Assembly (NCBI GenBank): GCA_039915735.1
Contig: JBDSMR010000123.1
Span: 61 to 64,060, forward strand
Source of the DNA: Usitatibacter sp.
GTDB taxonomy: Bacteria; Pseudomonadota; Gammaproteobacteria; Burkholderiales; Usitatibacteraceae
Reading direction: 5' to 3'
DNA length: 64,000 nucleotides
A program made the position numbers and the translations under genes. Position 1 is the stretch's first letter; the number at the start of each line of letters is the position of its first letter. A model generated the notes under the pieces. It ran no database searches. It was not told the origin of the DNA and saw only the letters and a program-made list of their open reading frames with translations. This document shows positions 43,573 through 54,509 of this stretch, in pieces.

Positions 43573-44207
43573 GCCTGATCGAAGATCTCAAGACTCTGGA
43601 TCCCAAGCAACCGGGCAACTGGCCCTGGCTGGTCAAGGCCGGCGCGTTCCTGCTGATCTTCATCGTGATCCAGGTGGCCGCGTACCTCCTTCTTTGGCAG
43701 GCGCAGGCCGCCGACATCGAGAAGGGGCGCGCCGACGTGGCCAAGCAGAAAGAGACGTTCCTCGAGAAGAAGCGCCTCGCGGTGAACCTCGAAGCCTACA
43801 AGCAGCAGCGCGCTGAGATCGAGCAGTCGTTCGGCGCCCTGTTGAAGCAGCTGCCGAACAAGAGCGAGATGGACGCGCTGCTGATCGACATCAACCAGGC
43901 CGGCCTCGGCCGCGGCCTCGCGTTCGACCTGTTCAAGCCCTCGGAGAAGGAAAACTTCACCGAGTTCTACGCCGAGCTCCCGGTCGCCATCAAGGTTACG
44001 GGCAACTACCACGACCTCGGCGCATTCGCGAGCGATGTGGCCAAGATGCCCCGCATCGTGCTGCTCACCGACCTCAAGCTCGATCCGCCGAAAGATGGCG
44101 TGCTGTCCATGGAAGCCGTTGCCAAGACGTACCGCTACCTCGACGAGGAAGAGGTCACGAAGCAGCGGAAGACCACCAAGGATAAGCAGACCAAGGGCGG
44201 CAAGTGA
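43569..44207 (+). CDS. pilO: Type IV pilus assembly protein PilO
   Basis: It has an N-terminal TM segment, a coiled coil and a ferredoxin-like C-terminus. The start overlaps the pilN stop. Confidence 0.9.
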   Translation: MSLIEDLKTLDPKQPGNWPWLVKAGAFLLIFIVIQVAAYLLLWQAQAADIEKGRADVAKQKETFLEKKRLAVNLEAYKQQRAEIEQSFGALLKQLPNKSEMDALLIDINQAGLGRGLAFDLFKPSEKENFTEFYAELPVAIKVTGNYHDLGAFASDVAKMPRIVLLTDLKLDPPKDGVLSMEAVAKTYRYLDEEEVTKQRKTTKDKQTKGGK

Positions 44208-44215
44208 GGTCATCG

Positions 44216-44740
44216 ATGAAGCGCGTTCTCCTTCCCATCGCAGCCCTGGCGCTGCTTGCCGGCTGCAGCTCCGAGATCGACGAGCTGAAATCCTTCGTGC
44301 GTGATTCCGAGAAGGGCCTGCCGCGGCGCATCGACCCGCTGCCGGCGGTCAAGCCTTTCGAACCGTTCGCCTACGAGGGATTCGACCTTCCCGATCCCTT
44401 CAAGCCGCGCAAGCTTTCCGCGCCCAAGGAGGGAGCCGGCGGCCTCGCCCCGGACCTCAACCGGCGCAAGGAACCACTGGAGGCCTTCCCGCTGGAGCAG
44501 CTGAAGATGGTCGGCACGCTTTCGCAGGGCAAAGACACGTACGCCATCGTGCGCGCGGACAAGACGCTCTATCGCGTCAAGAAGGGCAATTACATGGGCC
44601 AGAACTTCGGCCTCATCACGGATGTGACCGAGGGCGACATCAAGCTCAAGGAAATCGTTCAAGACAGCGCCGGCGATTGGGCCGAGCGGCAGAGCGTTCT
44701 GCCGCTTCTGGAGGAAGCCGGCAAAGGGGACAAAAAGTGA
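44216..44740 (+). CDS. pilP: Type IV pilus assembly lipoprotein PilP
   Basis: MKRVLLPIAALALLAGCSS contains a lipobox, and GAGG lies 5 nt upstream of ATG 44216. The alternative GTG 44204 overlaps the pilO stop. Confidence 0.85.
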   Translation: MKRVLLPIAALALLAGCSSEIDELKSFVRDSEKGLPRRIDPLPAVKPFEPFAYEGFDLPDPFKPRKLSAPKEGAGGLAPDLNRRKEPLEAFPLEQLKMVGTLSQGKDTYAIVRADKTLYRVKKGNYMGQNFGLITDVTEGDIKLKEIVQDSAGDWAERQSVLPLLEEAGKGDKK

Positions 44741-46944
44741 CGACGACGCTCCGCATCCCAACCCCCAGACTAGGGGCCACGCTCGCCGCGTTCGTGCTCG
44801 CGCTCGCCGCGCCACTCGCATGGGCGCAGGGCGCCGCGAAGAACGCCGTCGAATCGGTGAACTTCTCCTCGGTCCAGGGTGGAAAAATCCTGGTCAAGAT
44901 CGGGTTGAAGGAACCGCTTGCCGTCGCTCCACAGGGATTCGCCGTCACCAACCCACCGCGAATCGCCATCGACTTGCCCGAAACAGTCAACGCGACCGGC
45001 CGCACGCAGATCGAAGCCGGCGAGGGCGACCTGCGCAGCGTCTCCATCGTCCAGACCGCCAACCGCACGCGCCTGGTCATGAACCTCACGCGCAACCTCA
45101 CCTACACGCAGTCCCTGGACGGCACGCAGCTGATCGTCTCGATCGATGCCTCGCAGGCGGCGACGACGACGGCAGCGGTTGCAACTGCCCCGAGTGCCGC
45201 TCCCACGGTGTTCGCGGAAGCGGGCGCCCCGAGCACGGTCCGCTTCAACCTTCGCGACGTCGACTTCCGCCGCGGCAACACGGCTGAAGGCCGCATCGTG
45301 GTGGACCTGTCGTCGGCCAACATCGGCATCGACATCCGCCAGCAGGGTCGCCAGCTCGTGGTGGACTTCATCAATACCAACGTGCCGCGCAACCTGGTGC
45401 GCCGCCTCGACGTGGGCGACTTCGGCACCCCGGTGCGTTTTGTCGACACCTTCGAGCAGGGCGGCAACGCCCGCATCGTGGTCGAGCCGCGTGGCATCTG
45501 GGAATACTCTGCCTACCAGACGGACACGCAGTTCATCGTCGAGGTGAAACCGGTCAAGGAAGACCCGAACCGATTGCTGCAGAGCTCCACGCCCGGCTAC
45601 GCGGGCGAGAAGCTGTCGCTCAACTTCCAGAACGTCGAAGTGCGTGCGGTGCTCCAGGTGATCGCCGACTTCACGGGCCTGAACATCATCACCAGCGACA
45701 CGGTGGGCGGCAACCTCACGCTGCGCCTGAAGGACGTGCCCTGGGACCAGGCGCTCGACATCATCCTGCAGGCCAAGGGCCTGTCGAAGCGCAAGAACGG
45801 CAACGTTGTGCTGATTGCCCCGACCGACGAACTCGCGGCCAAGGAGAAGCTGGCGCTCGAGGCGCAGGCTGCGGTGACTGACCTGGAGCCGGTGCGCACG
45901 GAATCGTTTGCCCTTTCCTACGCGAAGGCCGAGGACCTGCAGAAGCTGCTCTCCAACAAGGAGCAACGCATCCTCTCGAAGCGCGGCGCCGCCAGCATAG
46001 ACGAGCGCACCAACACGCTGTTCGTACAGGACTCCGGTGGCCGTCTCGAAGAAGCCCGCCGCCTGATCCAGCAGCTCGACGTGCCGGTCCGCCAGGTGCT
46101 GATCGAAGCCCGCATCGTGATCGCCGACGACAAGTGGGGTCGCCAGCTGGGTGCGCGCTTCGGCACGCAGTCAGCGTTCAACTCGCGCAACTACAACTTC
46201 GGCGTGTCGGGGACCAACTTCGACACTGCGCTGCCCCTCGGCAACAACCCGGTGTCGCGCGGTTCTGCCTCGCTGATCTACCCGGGCGGCAACGCACAGG
46301 ACCTGTTCAACCTGCCCACGGGCGTCGGCACCATCCCGCTCGGCGCGCAACCGGAGCAGCTGAACGTGAACCTGCCGGTAGTCGGCGCGGCCGGCTCCCT
46401 GGCGCTTTCGATCCTCAACCTCGGCAGCGGCAACCTGGTCAACGTCGAACTCTCCGCCCTCGAAGCCGACAACCGCGGCAAGGTGGTTTCCAGCCCGCGC
46501 GTCATCACGGCCGACAAGAAAAAAGCGGTGATCTCGCAAGGCACGGAGATTCCCTACCTGACGGCCTCCGCTTCCGGCGCCACGACGGTGTCGTTCAAGC
46601 CGGCGGTGCTCGAGCTCGCGGTGACCCCGCGGATCACCCCGGATGACCGCATCATCATGGACCTCGAAGTGAAGAAGGACTCCGTGGGCGTGATCTTCGC
46701 CAACATCCCGTCAATCGACACGAAGAAGGTGACCACCCAGGTCCTTGTCGACAACGGCGACACAATCGTCCTCGGTGGCATCTTCGAGCAGACGACGCGC
46801 ACAACGGTCGACAAGGTGCCGTTCCTGGGCGACCTCCCGTTTATCGGCGCAATCTTCCGCCGCACGGCCAAGCAGGACGACAAGACCGAGCTGCTGATCT
46901 TCGTGACGCCCAAGATCGTGAAGGACGCCCTTACCATCCGGTAG
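44737..46944 (+). CDS. pilQ: Type IV pilus secretin PilQ
   Basis: GTG 44737 overlaps the pilP stop. It has a signal peptide ...LAAPLAWAQG, AMIN-type N-terminal repeats, and a secretin C-domain with VPFLGDLPFIGAIFR. Confidence 0.95.
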   Translation: MTTTLRIPTPRLGATLAAFVLALAAPLAWAQGAAKNAVESVNFSSVQGGKILVKIGLKEPLAVAPQGFAVTNPPRIAIDLPETVNATGRTQIEAGEGDLRSVSIVQTANRTRLVMNLTRNLTYTQSLDGTQLIVSIDASQAATTTAAVATAPSAAPTVFAEAGAPSTVRFNLRDVDFRRGNTAEGRIVVDLSSANIGIDIRQQGRQLVVDFINTNVPRNLVRRLDVGDFGTPVRFVDTFEQGGNARIVVEPRGIWEYSAYQTDTQFIVEVKPVKEDPNRLLQSSTPGYAGEKLSLNFQNVEVRAVLQVIADFTGLNIITSDTVGGNLTLRLKDVPWDQALDIILQAKGLSKRKNGNVVLIAPTDELAAKEKLALEAQAAVTDLEPVRTESFALSYAKAEDLQKLLSNKEQRILSKRGAASIDERTNTLFVQDSGGRLEEARRLIQQLDVPVRQVLIEARIVIADDKWGRQLGARFGTQSAFNSRNYNFGVSGTNFDTALPLGNNPVSRGSASLIYPGGNAQDLFNLPTGVGTIPLGAQPEQLNVNLPVVGAAGSLALSILNLGSGNLVNVELSALEADNRGKVVSSPRVITADKKKAVISQGTEIPYLTASASGATTVSFKPAVLELAVTPRITPDDRIIMDLEVKKDSVGVIFANIPSIDTKKVTTQVLVDNGDTIVLGGIFEQTTRTTVDKVPFLGDLPFIGAIFRRTAKQDDKTELLIFVTPKIVKDALTIR

Positions 46945-46959
46945 GCGGACAGGTTCCAG

Positions 46960-46990
46960 AAAAGCCCCGGTCCACCGGGGCTTTTTTTTC
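46960..46990 (+). terminator. Intrinsic terminator after pilQ
   Basis: AGCCCCGG (46963-46970), loop TCCA, CCGGGGCT (46975-46982), followed by a T8 run. Confidence 0.8.
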
Positions 46991-47023
46991 GCCCAGATTC
47001 GCGGGAGTAGTAACCTCATTGGC

Positions 47024-47557
47024 ATGGACGGCAGCAACATCTTCCTGGTGGGCATGATGGGCGCGGGCAAGACCACGCTCGGGAAAACCCTGGCCCAGCG
47101 CCTGCAGCTCGAATTCGTCGATACCGACCGCATCCTGGTCGAGCGCACCGGCGTTCCCGTGGCTACGATCTTCGAGATCGAGGGCGAGGCCGGCTTCCGC
47201 AAGCGTGAGACGCAGGCGATCGCCGAACTGTGCGAGCAGCAGGGCTGCGTCGTGGCCACCGGCGGCGGCGCAATCCTCGCCGAGGAGAATCGCGTCGCGA
47301 TGCGCAACAATGGAACGGTGGTCTACCTGCGTGCCCGCCTGGAGAACCTGTGGGAACGCACGCGTCACGATTCCAGCCGCCCCCTGCTGGCGACCGTGGA
47401 CCCGCGCGCCACGCTGGCGCACCTGCTCGAGATTCGCGATCCCCTGTACAAGGAAGCCGCGCACCTGATCGTCGATACCGGGACGCAGAGCGCATCCGCG
47501 CTGGTCTCGCGCGTCGTTGCCGCGCTGCGCGAACGCACTTCCGGAGCACGCGCATGA
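47024..47557 (+). CDS. aroK: Shikimate kinase
   Basis: [16 protein letters not shown] is the Walker A motif, followed by ATGGG. Confidence 0.95.
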   Translation: MDGSNIFLVGMMGAGKTTLGKTLAQRLQLEFVDTDRILVERTGVPVATIFEIEGEAGFRKRETQAIAELCEQQGCVVATGGGAILAEENRVAMRNNGTVVYLRARLENLWERTRHDSSRPLLATVDPRATLAHLLEIRDPLYKEAAHLIVDTGTQSASALVSRVVAALRERTSGARA

Positions 47558-48639
47558 GCATGAAGACCCTGAACGTCGATCTTGGCGAGCGCAGCTATCC
47601 GATCCACATCGGCGAAGGTCTCATCGACGAGGGCGGCCTGCTGGGTGCCCACGTGAACGGCCGCATCGCTGTGGTGGTCAGCAACGAAATCGTCGCTCCG
47701 CTTTATGCGGCGCGTGTCGAAGCCGCGCTCGCCCGCGCCGGCGCCAGGCGGACCCTGCGCGTGCTGCTTCCCGACGGCGAGCAGCACAAGGACTGGCAGA
47801 ACCTCGATCGCATCTTCGCCGCGTTGCTCAAGGCGCAGGCGGACCGCGCAACAGTCCTGGTCGCGGTGGGTGGGGGTGTCGTGGGTGACATGACGGGTTT
47901 TGCGGCGTCGGCGTACCAGCGTGGCATCACACACATCCAGGTGCCGACTACACTGCTGGCGCAGGTCGACTCATCGGTCGGCGGGAAGACAGCGATCAAC
48001 CATCCGCTTGGCAAGAACATGATCGGCGCATTCCACCAGCCGGCCGCGGTCATCGCCGATACGGGCACATTGTCGAGCCTCCCGAAGCGCGAATACGCCT
48101 CGGGGATGGCGGAGGTCATCAAGTACGGCGCGATCCGCGACCTCGAATTCCTGGCTTGGATCGAGGGGAATGCCGATGCGTTGTTGCGCCGGGACACATC
48201 GGCATTGGCTCACGCCATCCTGCGATCCTGCGAAATCAAGGCGGAGATTGTCGCCGCGGATGAGCGGGAAGGCGGCGTGCGAGCGCTGCTCAACTTCGGC
48301 CACACCTTCGCTCACGCGATCGAATCGGCCGCTGGCTACGGAAACTGGCTGCATGGCGAAGCGGTCGCAGCCGGGATGGCGCTGGCGGCCAGGTTCTCCG
48401 TCCGCCACGGGCGCATTCCGGTGGAGCAGGCACACCGTCTCGAAGCAATCCTGAAACGCTTCGGCCTGCCGGTGGATGCCCCCGGCTATTCCGCCGACAC
48501 CTGGCTGGAATACATGGGGCGCGACAAGAAAAATGAGTGTGGCCGCGTTACGCTGATCCTCCTCGACCGCCTGGGGGATGCGGCCGTGGTCAAGGACACT
48601 GCCGATACGGCGCTGCGCGAATTTCTCGCGGCTGCCTAG
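47554..48639 (+). CDS. aroB: 3-dehydroquinate synthase
   Basis: ATG 47554 overlaps the aroK stop. Motifs include [31 protein letters not shown] and NFGHTFAHA. Confidence 0.95.
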   Translation: MSMKTLNVDLGERSYPIHIGEGLIDEGGLLGAHVNGRIAVVVSNEIVAPLYAARVEAALARAGARRTLRVLLPDGEQHKDWQNLDRIFAALLKAQADRATVLVAVGGGVVGDMTGFAASAYQRGITHIQVPTTLLAQVDSSVGGKTAINHPLGKNMIGAFHQPAAVIADTGTLSSLPKREYASGMAEVIKYGAIRDLEFLAWIEGNADALLRRDTSALAHAILRSCEIKAEIVAADEREGGVRALLNFGHTFAHAIESAAGYGNWLHGEAVAAGMALAARFSVRHGRIPVEQAHRLEAILKRFGLPVDAPGYSADTWLEYMGRDKKNECGRVTLILLDRLGDAAVVKDTADTALREFLAAA

Positions 48640-48968
48640 GCCTCCGGCGCGCCGGCCGGCTTGTCCAGCCGGCGCAGGAAAACCGTCATCTCCCTTGCCG
48701 CCTGCTTGTCGCCCTTGAGCTGCGCTGTTTCGATGCCCATCCGGTAGGCCTCGCGCGCTTCATCCGGAAGACCGGTTTCCACCAGCGCCTTGCCCAGCAA
48801 CTTCCACGCAGCCGAATAACCCGGGTCCTGCACCACTGCGGCGCGCAGGTGCGCAACGGCGCGCGCGGCGTCCTTGGCATTGAGGTAGTTCAGCCCGAGG
48901 CCGAAGCGCAACAGAGCGCTGTCCTTGCCTGCGGCGAGGAGGGCTTCGAAGCGTTCGGCGGGACTCAT
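48636..48968 (-). CDS. Small TPR-like protein
   Basis: The internal ATG at 48968 gives a 110-aa protein with two or three TPR-like helices ([49 protein letters not shown]). Confidence 0.55.
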   Translation of the reverse strand: MSPAERFEALLAAGKDSALLRFGLGLNYLNAKDAARAVAHLRAAVVQDPGYSAAWKLLGKALVETGLPDEAREAYRMGIETAQLKGDKQAAREMTVFLRRLDKPAGAPEA

Positions 48969-49020
48969 CGCGGCGCGGCCTTCACGGTATGATCGTCTCA
49001 TAACCCCGGGAGAGACAACC

Positions 49021-50610
49021 ATGATGTTGCGCATGCTCAAGCTTGCCGTGGCGGCCCTTGCAATCGCCACCGCCCCGACGCTCACTTACGCCCAAAAGGA
49101 GCGCGAGGTAACCATAGCATTGCAGGCTGCAATCACCTCCATCGATCCGCACTACCACAACCTCTCGCCGAACAACGGCATGCTGAGGCACATCTTCGAG
49201 CCGCTGATCCGGCGAGATGCCAACATGAAGATGCTGCCGGGGCTCGCCGTGTCCTGGAAGGCGCTCGACGACCTCACCTGGGAGTTCAAGCTGCGCAAGG
49301 GCGTGAAATTCCACGACGGCACGCCATTCACCGCCGAAGACGTCGCCGCGACGTATAAGCGCGTTCCAAACGTGCCCAACAGCCCGTCGTCCTTCGCGAC
49401 CTTCACCAAGCCGATCATCGAGACCAGGATCGTCGATCCGTACACCATCATCTTCAAGACCGCTTCGCCGCATGTGCTGCTGCCGAGCGACCTCTCTGCG
49501 GTCTACATCCTGCCGAAGGCCGTGGCGGAGAAGGCGGCCACGGAAGACTTCAACTCCGGCAAGGCGGCGATCGGCACCGGGCCGTACAAGCTGGCCGAAT
49601 ACATTCCCAACCAGCGCGTGGTGCTCAAGGCCAACTACGGCTACTGGGGCGGAGAAGAGCCCTGGGACAAGGTGACCTTCAAGATCCTGTCGAACCCGGC
49701 CGCGCGTGTCGCCGCTCTCCTCTCGGGCGACGTGCAGATGATCGAGACGGTGCCCACCTCCGACATCGCGCGCCTCTCGTCGGACAAGAAGTTCGTGCTC
49801 TCCGACAAGGTGTCGAACCGCGTGATCTACGTGCACCTGAACCAGTGGAACGACAAGACCGTTCCCTTCGTGACGGCCAAGGACGGCAAGCCCCTCGACA
49901 AGAACCCGTTCAAGGATGCGCGTGTCCGCAAGGCGCTTTCGATGGCCATAAATCGCGACGCCATATCGGACCGGATCATGGAGAAGAAGTCGGTGCCGGC
50001 CGCGCAATTGCTGCCCGATTTCTTTCCGGGCACCAGCAAGAAACTCAAGCCGCTGAAGTACGACCCTGAAGGCGCGAAGAGGCTGCTCGCCGAAGCCGGG
50101 TACCCCAATGGCTTCGCCCTCACGATCCACGGTCCCAGCAATCGCTACATCAACGACGACAAGATCGCGCAGGCGATTGCGCAGTTCTATTCACGCGCCG
50201 GAATCGACGCGAAAGTGGAGACCATGCCCTCGAGCGTGTACTTCACGCGTGCGACCAAGGGCGAGTTCGGCTACATGGTCCTCGGTTGGGGAACCGAGTC
50301 GGGCGAACAGGGTTCCAGCCTGCGTTCGCTGCTGGCGACCTACGATCCGTCGAAGGGCATGGGTGTCACCAATCGAGGGCGCTACTCCAACCCGGCCTTC
50401 GACAAGCAGGTGAACGAGGCGCTGGTGACGATGGACGACAAGAAGCGCGAGGCGATGATCCAGGCGGCCGCCGAGACCGCGATGAACGACACCGGCCTGA
50501 TCCCGATCCACTACGAGGTCAGCACCTGGGCCACGGCGAAGGGCTACAAATACACCGCCAGGACCGACCAGTACACGCTCGCCATGGACCTCAAGCCCGC
50601 AGGAAAGTAG
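49021..50610 (+). CDS. ABC transporter substrate-binding protein, family 5 (peptide/nickel/opine type)
   Basis: ATG 49021 gives a signal peptide MMLRMLKLAVAALAIATAPTLTYA. The protein is ~530 aa with the typical LV..d....p.LA.sW and KF.DG..ftA.DV pattern. Confidence 0.9.
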   Translation: MMLRMLKLAVAALAIATAPTLTYAQKEREVTIALQAAITSIDPHYHNLSPNNGMLRHIFEPLIRRDANMKMLPGLAVSWKALDDLTWEFKLRKGVKFHDGTPFTAEDVAATYKRVPNVPNSPSSFATFTKPIIETRIVDPYTIIFKTASPHVLLPSDLSAVYILPKAVAEKAATEDFNSGKAAIGTGPYKLAEYIPNQRVVLKANYGYWGGEEPWDKVTFKILSNPAARVAALLSGDVQMIETVPTSDIARLSSDKKFVLSDKVSNRVIYVHLNQWNDKTVPFVTAKDGKPLDKNPFKDARVRKALSMAINRDAISDRIMEKKSVPAAQLLPDFFPGTSKKLKPLKYDPEGAKRLLAEAGYPNGFALTIHGPSNRYINDDKIAQAIAQFYSRAGIDAKVETMPSSVYFTRATKGEFGYMVLGWGTESGEQGSSLRSLLATYDPSKGMGVTNRGRYSNPAFDKQVNEALVTMDDKKREAMIQAAAETAMNDTGLIPIHYEVSTWATAKGYKYTARTDQYTLAMDLKPAGK

Positions 50611-50619
50611 CCCCGTCCG

Positions 50620-51603
50620 ATGCTCTCCTTCGCCATCCGCCGGTTCGGCCAGAGCCTTTTCGTGCTGTTGGCGATGTCGTTCCTGGTGTTCATTGGCGTC
50701 TACGCAATCGGCAACCCGATCGAGCTGCTGGTCAATCCCCAGGCGGACGAGGCGGAGCGCATTCGCGCCACCGCCGCGCTCGGGCTCGACAAGCCGATAC
50801 TCGAGCAGTACGCGACCTTCCTCACTCGCGGCGCGCAGGGCGACCTGGGCCGCTCGTTCGTGTTCAACGAGCCCGCCATCCAGCTGATCCTGGCGAAGCT
50901 GCCGGCGACACTCGAGCTGGCCCTGACGGCGATGGTGATCTCCGTGATCATCGGGATTCCGCTCGGCCTCATCGCCGGGCTGAGGCCACACTCGTTCGCT
51001 GGCCGCGCCATCATGGCGGGATCCATCCTTGGGTTCAGCCTGCCGACCTTCTGGGTCGGACTCGTCCTCATCATGCTGTTCTCGGTTCATCTCGGGTGGC
51101 TGCCCCCCAATGGGCGCGGGGAAACCGTGATGCTCCTCGGTATCCCGGTGAGCTTCCTCACCTGGGATGGGCTGCAGCACCTCGCGATGCCCGCCCTGAA
51201 TCTCGCGCTCTTCAAGCTCTCCCTGCTGGTTCGCCTCACGCGCGCCAGCACGCGTGAGGCCGCGTTGCAGGACTACGTGAAGTTCGCGCGCGCGAAAGGG
51301 CTGGGACCGCGCCGCGTCATCGGCGTGCACGTGCTCAAGAACATCCTGATTCCCATCGTCACCGTGATCGGCCTGGAGCTGGGATCCGTCATCGCCTTCG
51401 CGATCATCACCGAGTCGATCTTCGCGTGGCCGGGCACGGGCAAGTTGCTGATCGATTCGATCAACCAGCTGGACCGTCCCGTGATCGTGGCCTACCTGCT
51501 GGTCATCGTCACGATTTTCATCACCATCAATTTCGTGGTCGACGTGCTCTATTCGCTGCTGGATCCTCGCGTACGCCTCGGCGGCGCAACAGGGGCGCAC
51601 TGA
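50620..51603 (+). CDS. ABC transporter permease (DppB/OppB-like)
   Basis: The N-terminal MLSFAIRRFGQSLFVLLAMSFLVF and the EAA-loop region YVKFARAKGL are typical of this family. Confidence 0.9.
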   Translation: MLSFAIRRFGQSLFVLLAMSFLVFIGVYAIGNPIELLVNPQADEAERIRATAALGLDKPILEQYATFLTRGAQGDLGRSFVFNEPAIQLILAKLPATLELALTAMVISVIIGIPLGLIAGLRPHSFAGRAIMAGSILGFSLPTFWVGLVLIMLFSVHLGWLPPNGRGETVMLLGIPVSFLTWDGLQHLAMPALNLALFKLSLLVRLTRASTREAALQDYVKFARAKGLGPRRVIGVHVLKNILIPIVTVIGLELGSVIAFAIITESIFAWPGTGKLLIDSINQLDRPVIVAYLLVIVTIFITINFVVDVLYSLLDPRVRLGGATGAH

Positions 51604-51604
51604 G

Positions 51605-52531
51605 ATGGGTGTCATCGCCGGTGAAACCGTGACGCCGCCCGAGCGCCTTCCACCGGCCGAATCACCGTTGCGCCGCTTTGCGGCGGAATTCGCGGAGAGC
51701 CGCCTGGCGCTGGTGGGCCTCGTGATGCTGGTGGTGATCGTCGTGCTGGCCCTTGCCGCGCCGGTGATCTCGCCGCAGAACCCGTACGACCTCGCGCAGC
51801 TCGACGTGATGGACTCCAAGCTCGCGCCCGGCGAAGTTTCGAGCAGCTCGGGCAAGCACTACCTGCTGGGCACCGACGACCAGGGCCGCGACATGTTGTC
51901 GGGCATCTTCTACGGCATCCGCATCTCACTTTTCGTCGGCGTCGCCAGCACCGTGATCGCGCTCAGCGTCGGCCTGGTGCTCGGGCTCGCCGCCGCGTAC
52001 TTCGGTGGCATCGTTGACACGATCATCATGCGCATCGCGGATATCCAGCTTTCCTTTCCGGCAATCCTGATCGCGCTGGTGCTGCTCGCGGTGCTGGGCC
52101 AGGGCGTCGACAAGATCATCGTGGCACTCGTCACCGTGCAATGGGCCTACTACGCACGCACCGTGCGAGCCTCGGCTCTCGTGGAACGGCAGAAGGAATA
52201 CATGGAAGCGGCGCAGGTCCTCGCGCTTTCCCGACCGCGGATCGTGTTCCGGCACCTGCTGCCCAATTGCCTGCCGCCGCTGATCGTCGTGGCGACGGTG
52301 CAGGTGGCTCACGCGATCCAGCTCGAGGCGGCGCTTTCGTTCCTGGGGCTTGGCCTGCCGATCACGGAGCCCTCCATCGGACTGCTGATCTCCAATGGTT
52401 TCCAGTACCTGCTCTCCGGCAAATACTGGATCAGTTTCTATCCCGGCCTTGCGCTGCTGTTGACGATTGTTGCCATCAACCTCGTCGCCGACCAGCTGCG
52501 CGACGTGCTCAACCCGAGGCTCAAGAGATGA
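51605..52531 (+). CDS. ABC transporter permease (DppC/OppC-like)
   Basis: LLGTDDQGRDMLS and EYMEAAQVLALS are motifs of OppC-type permeases. Confidence 0.9.
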   Translation: MGVIAGETVTPPERLPPAESPLRRFAAEFAESRLALVGLVMLVVIVVLALAAPVISPQNPYDLAQLDVMDSKLAPGEVSSSSGKHYLLGTDDQGRDMLSGIFYGIRISLFVGVASTVIALSVGLVLGLAAAYFGGIVDTIIMRIADIQLSFPAILIALVLLAVLGQGVDKIIVALVTVQWAYYARTVRASALVERQKEYMEAAQVLALSRPRIVFRHLLPNCLPPLIVVATVQVAHAIQLEAALSFLGLGLPITEPSIGLLISNGFQYLLSGKYWISFYPGLALLLTIVAINLVADQLRDVLNPRLKR

Positions 52532-53502
52532 CGACGGCCACCGCGCCGCTGCTGGAAGTGGAGGGGCTGCGAATGCACTTCTTCACCAAGGCGGGCGTCG
52601 TCAAGGCCGTCGACGACGTGAGCTTCCGCCTCGAACGCGGCAGGATCCTCGGCATCGTCGGCGAATCAGGCTCCGGAAAATCGATGACCGGCTACTCGAT
52701 CCTCGGGCTGGTGGATGAACCCGGACGCGTCGTTGCCGGGCGCATCGCACTCAACGGCCAGGAGCTGACGCGACTCGATGAAGCGGCCTGGCGCAAGCTG
52801 CGCGGCAATCGCATCGCGATGATTTTCCAGGACCCGATGATGACCCTCAATCCGGTCCTGCGCATCGACACGCAGATGGTGGAAGCGGTGCGCGCGCACC
52901 ACGCGGTGTCCCACGAAAGCGCTCTGGCTCGCTGCCGGGAGGCGCTGACCCAGGTTGGAATCGCCTCGCCGGACGAGCGCCTGCGAAGCTATCCGCACCA
53001 ATTCTCTGGGGGCATGCGCCAGCGCGTCGCGATTGCGATCGCACTGCTGAACAAGCCGGATCTCATCATCGCCGACGAACCAACCACTGCGCTCGATGTG
53101 ACGATCCAGGGCCAGATCCTGTTCGAGATGCAGAAGCTTTGCCGCGAAAGCGGTACCGGCCTCATCTGGATCACCCACGATCTCTCCGTCATCTCCGGGC
53201 TCGCGGACGACGTCTGCGTGATGTATGCGGGCCGCATTGTTGAATCGGGCACGGTGGACGACGTGCTCGAGCATCCGAGGCACCCCTACACGCGCGGCCT
53301 GCTCGACTCCGTACCCAGCCGCAACCAGCCCGGCAGGCCGCTGGCACAGATCCCGGGAATGACGCCGTCGCTGCTGAAGCTCGGCGAAGCGTGTGCATTC
53401 CGCGAGCGCTGCCCGCAGGCAGTCGAGCCCTGCTCGATAGCCCCCGCGATGCGAACACTTGGCCCGGGGCGTACGCTGCGATGCGCGAATCCCCTCCCAT
53501 GA
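52528..53502 (+). CDS. ABC transporter ATP-binding protein (DppD/OppD-like)
   Basis: ATG 52528 overlaps the upstream stop. Motifs are GESGSGKS, FSGGMRQR, LIIADEPTTALD and a C-terminal oligopeptide-type extension. Confidence 0.9.
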   Translation: MTTATAPLLEVEGLRMHFFTKAGVVKAVDDVSFRLERGRILGIVGESGSGKSMTGYSILGLVDEPGRVVAGRIALNGQELTRLDEAAWRKLRGNRIAMIFQDPMMTLNPVLRIDTQMVEAVRAHHAVSHESALARCREALTQVGIASPDERLRSYPHQFSGGMRQRVAIAIALLNKPDLIIADEPTTALDVTIQGQILFEMQKLCRESGTGLIWITHDLSVISGLADDVCVMYAGRIVESGTVDDVLEHPRHPYTRGLLDSVPSRNQPGRPLAQIPGMTPSLLKLGEACAFRERCPQAVEPCSIAPAMRTLGPGRTLRCANPLP

Positions 53503-54509
53503 GCACCATGGCACCCGCGCTGCTCGAGCTGCGAGGCGTCTCGAAGCGCTTCGTGAAGACAATCGATTTCGCCGGCAGGATCGCGCGCAGGCTCGGATCG
53601 AGTGTCAAGGAAACCACGGTGCATGCGCTGGATAACGTCGACCTCGCGATCAGGGAAAGAGAAGTCGTTGGCCTCGTCGGAGAATCCGGCTGCGGCAAAT
53701 CGACCCTCGGCAGGATCGTCGCACGCATCCTTCCCCCCACGGAGGGCGAACGGTTCTGGAAGGGCCGTCCCTACTCGGAATTCGAGTCGGAATCGAATCG
53801 GCGCGAACGCCTGGCGGTGCAGATGATTTTCCAGGACCCGTACGCATCTCTCAATCCGCGCATGCGGATCGTGGACATCGTGGGCGAGGCGCCAACCGTC
53901 CACGGCATCGTGAATGCCGCGGAGCGTGCCGATTACGTCGCCGACATGCTGCAGCGGGTGGGAATGGACGCCAGCCTCATGCGCCGATTTCCCCACCAGT
54001 TTTCCGGTGGACAGCGAAGCCGCATCGGCATTGCGCGCGCCCTCGCAGTGAAGCCGACCTTCCTGGTCTGCGACGAAGCCGTGGCCGCCCTCGACGTTTC
54101 AATCCAGGCGCAGGTGCTCAACCTCTTCGTGCGCCTGCGCGAAGAGCTCGCGCTGACCTATCTCTTCATCAGCCATGACCTCGGCGTGATCCGGCACGTG
54201 TCCGATCGCGTGGTGGTGATGTACCTCGGGCGCGTGGTTGAATCTGCGCCCACTGTCGAACTCTACGCGCGGCCAAATCACCCATATACCGAGGCGTTGG
54301 TCGCCGAAGTGCCCCGCGTCGATGCGAAGCGCCGCCGGTATGTTCCGGTCAATGGCGAGATACCTTCACCGCTGGCGCCTCCGCCTGGATGCCATTTCAA
54401 CCCGCGTTGTCCGAAGGCCTTTGCACGTTGCCGCGAGGAAGTGCCGCGGCTTCGCGAAATAGCGCCGGGCCACGTTTCCGCCTGCCACCTCAACGACGTG
54501 AAAAGCTGA
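53499..54509 (+). CDS. ABC transporter ATP-binding protein (DppF/OppF-like)
   Basis: ATG 53499 overlaps the upstream stop. Motifs are [17 protein letters not shown] and [11 protein letters not shown], with the C-terminal CHFNPRCP motif. Confidence 0.9.
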   Translation: MSTMAPALLELRGVSKRFVKTIDFAGRIARRLGSSVKETTVHALDNVDLAIREREVVGLVGESGCGKSTLGRIVARILPPTEGERFWKGRPYSEFESESNRRERLAVQMIFQDPYASLNPRMRIVDIVGEAPTVHGIVNAAERADYVADMLQRVGMDASLMRRFPHQFSGGQRSRIGIARALAVKPTFLVCDEAVAALDVSIQAQVLNLFVRLREELALTYLFISHDLGVIRHVSDRVVVMYLGRVVESAPTVELYARPNHPYTEALVAEVPRVDAKRRRYVPVNGEIPSPLAPPPGCHFNPRCPKAFARCREEVPRLREIAPGHVSACHLNDVKS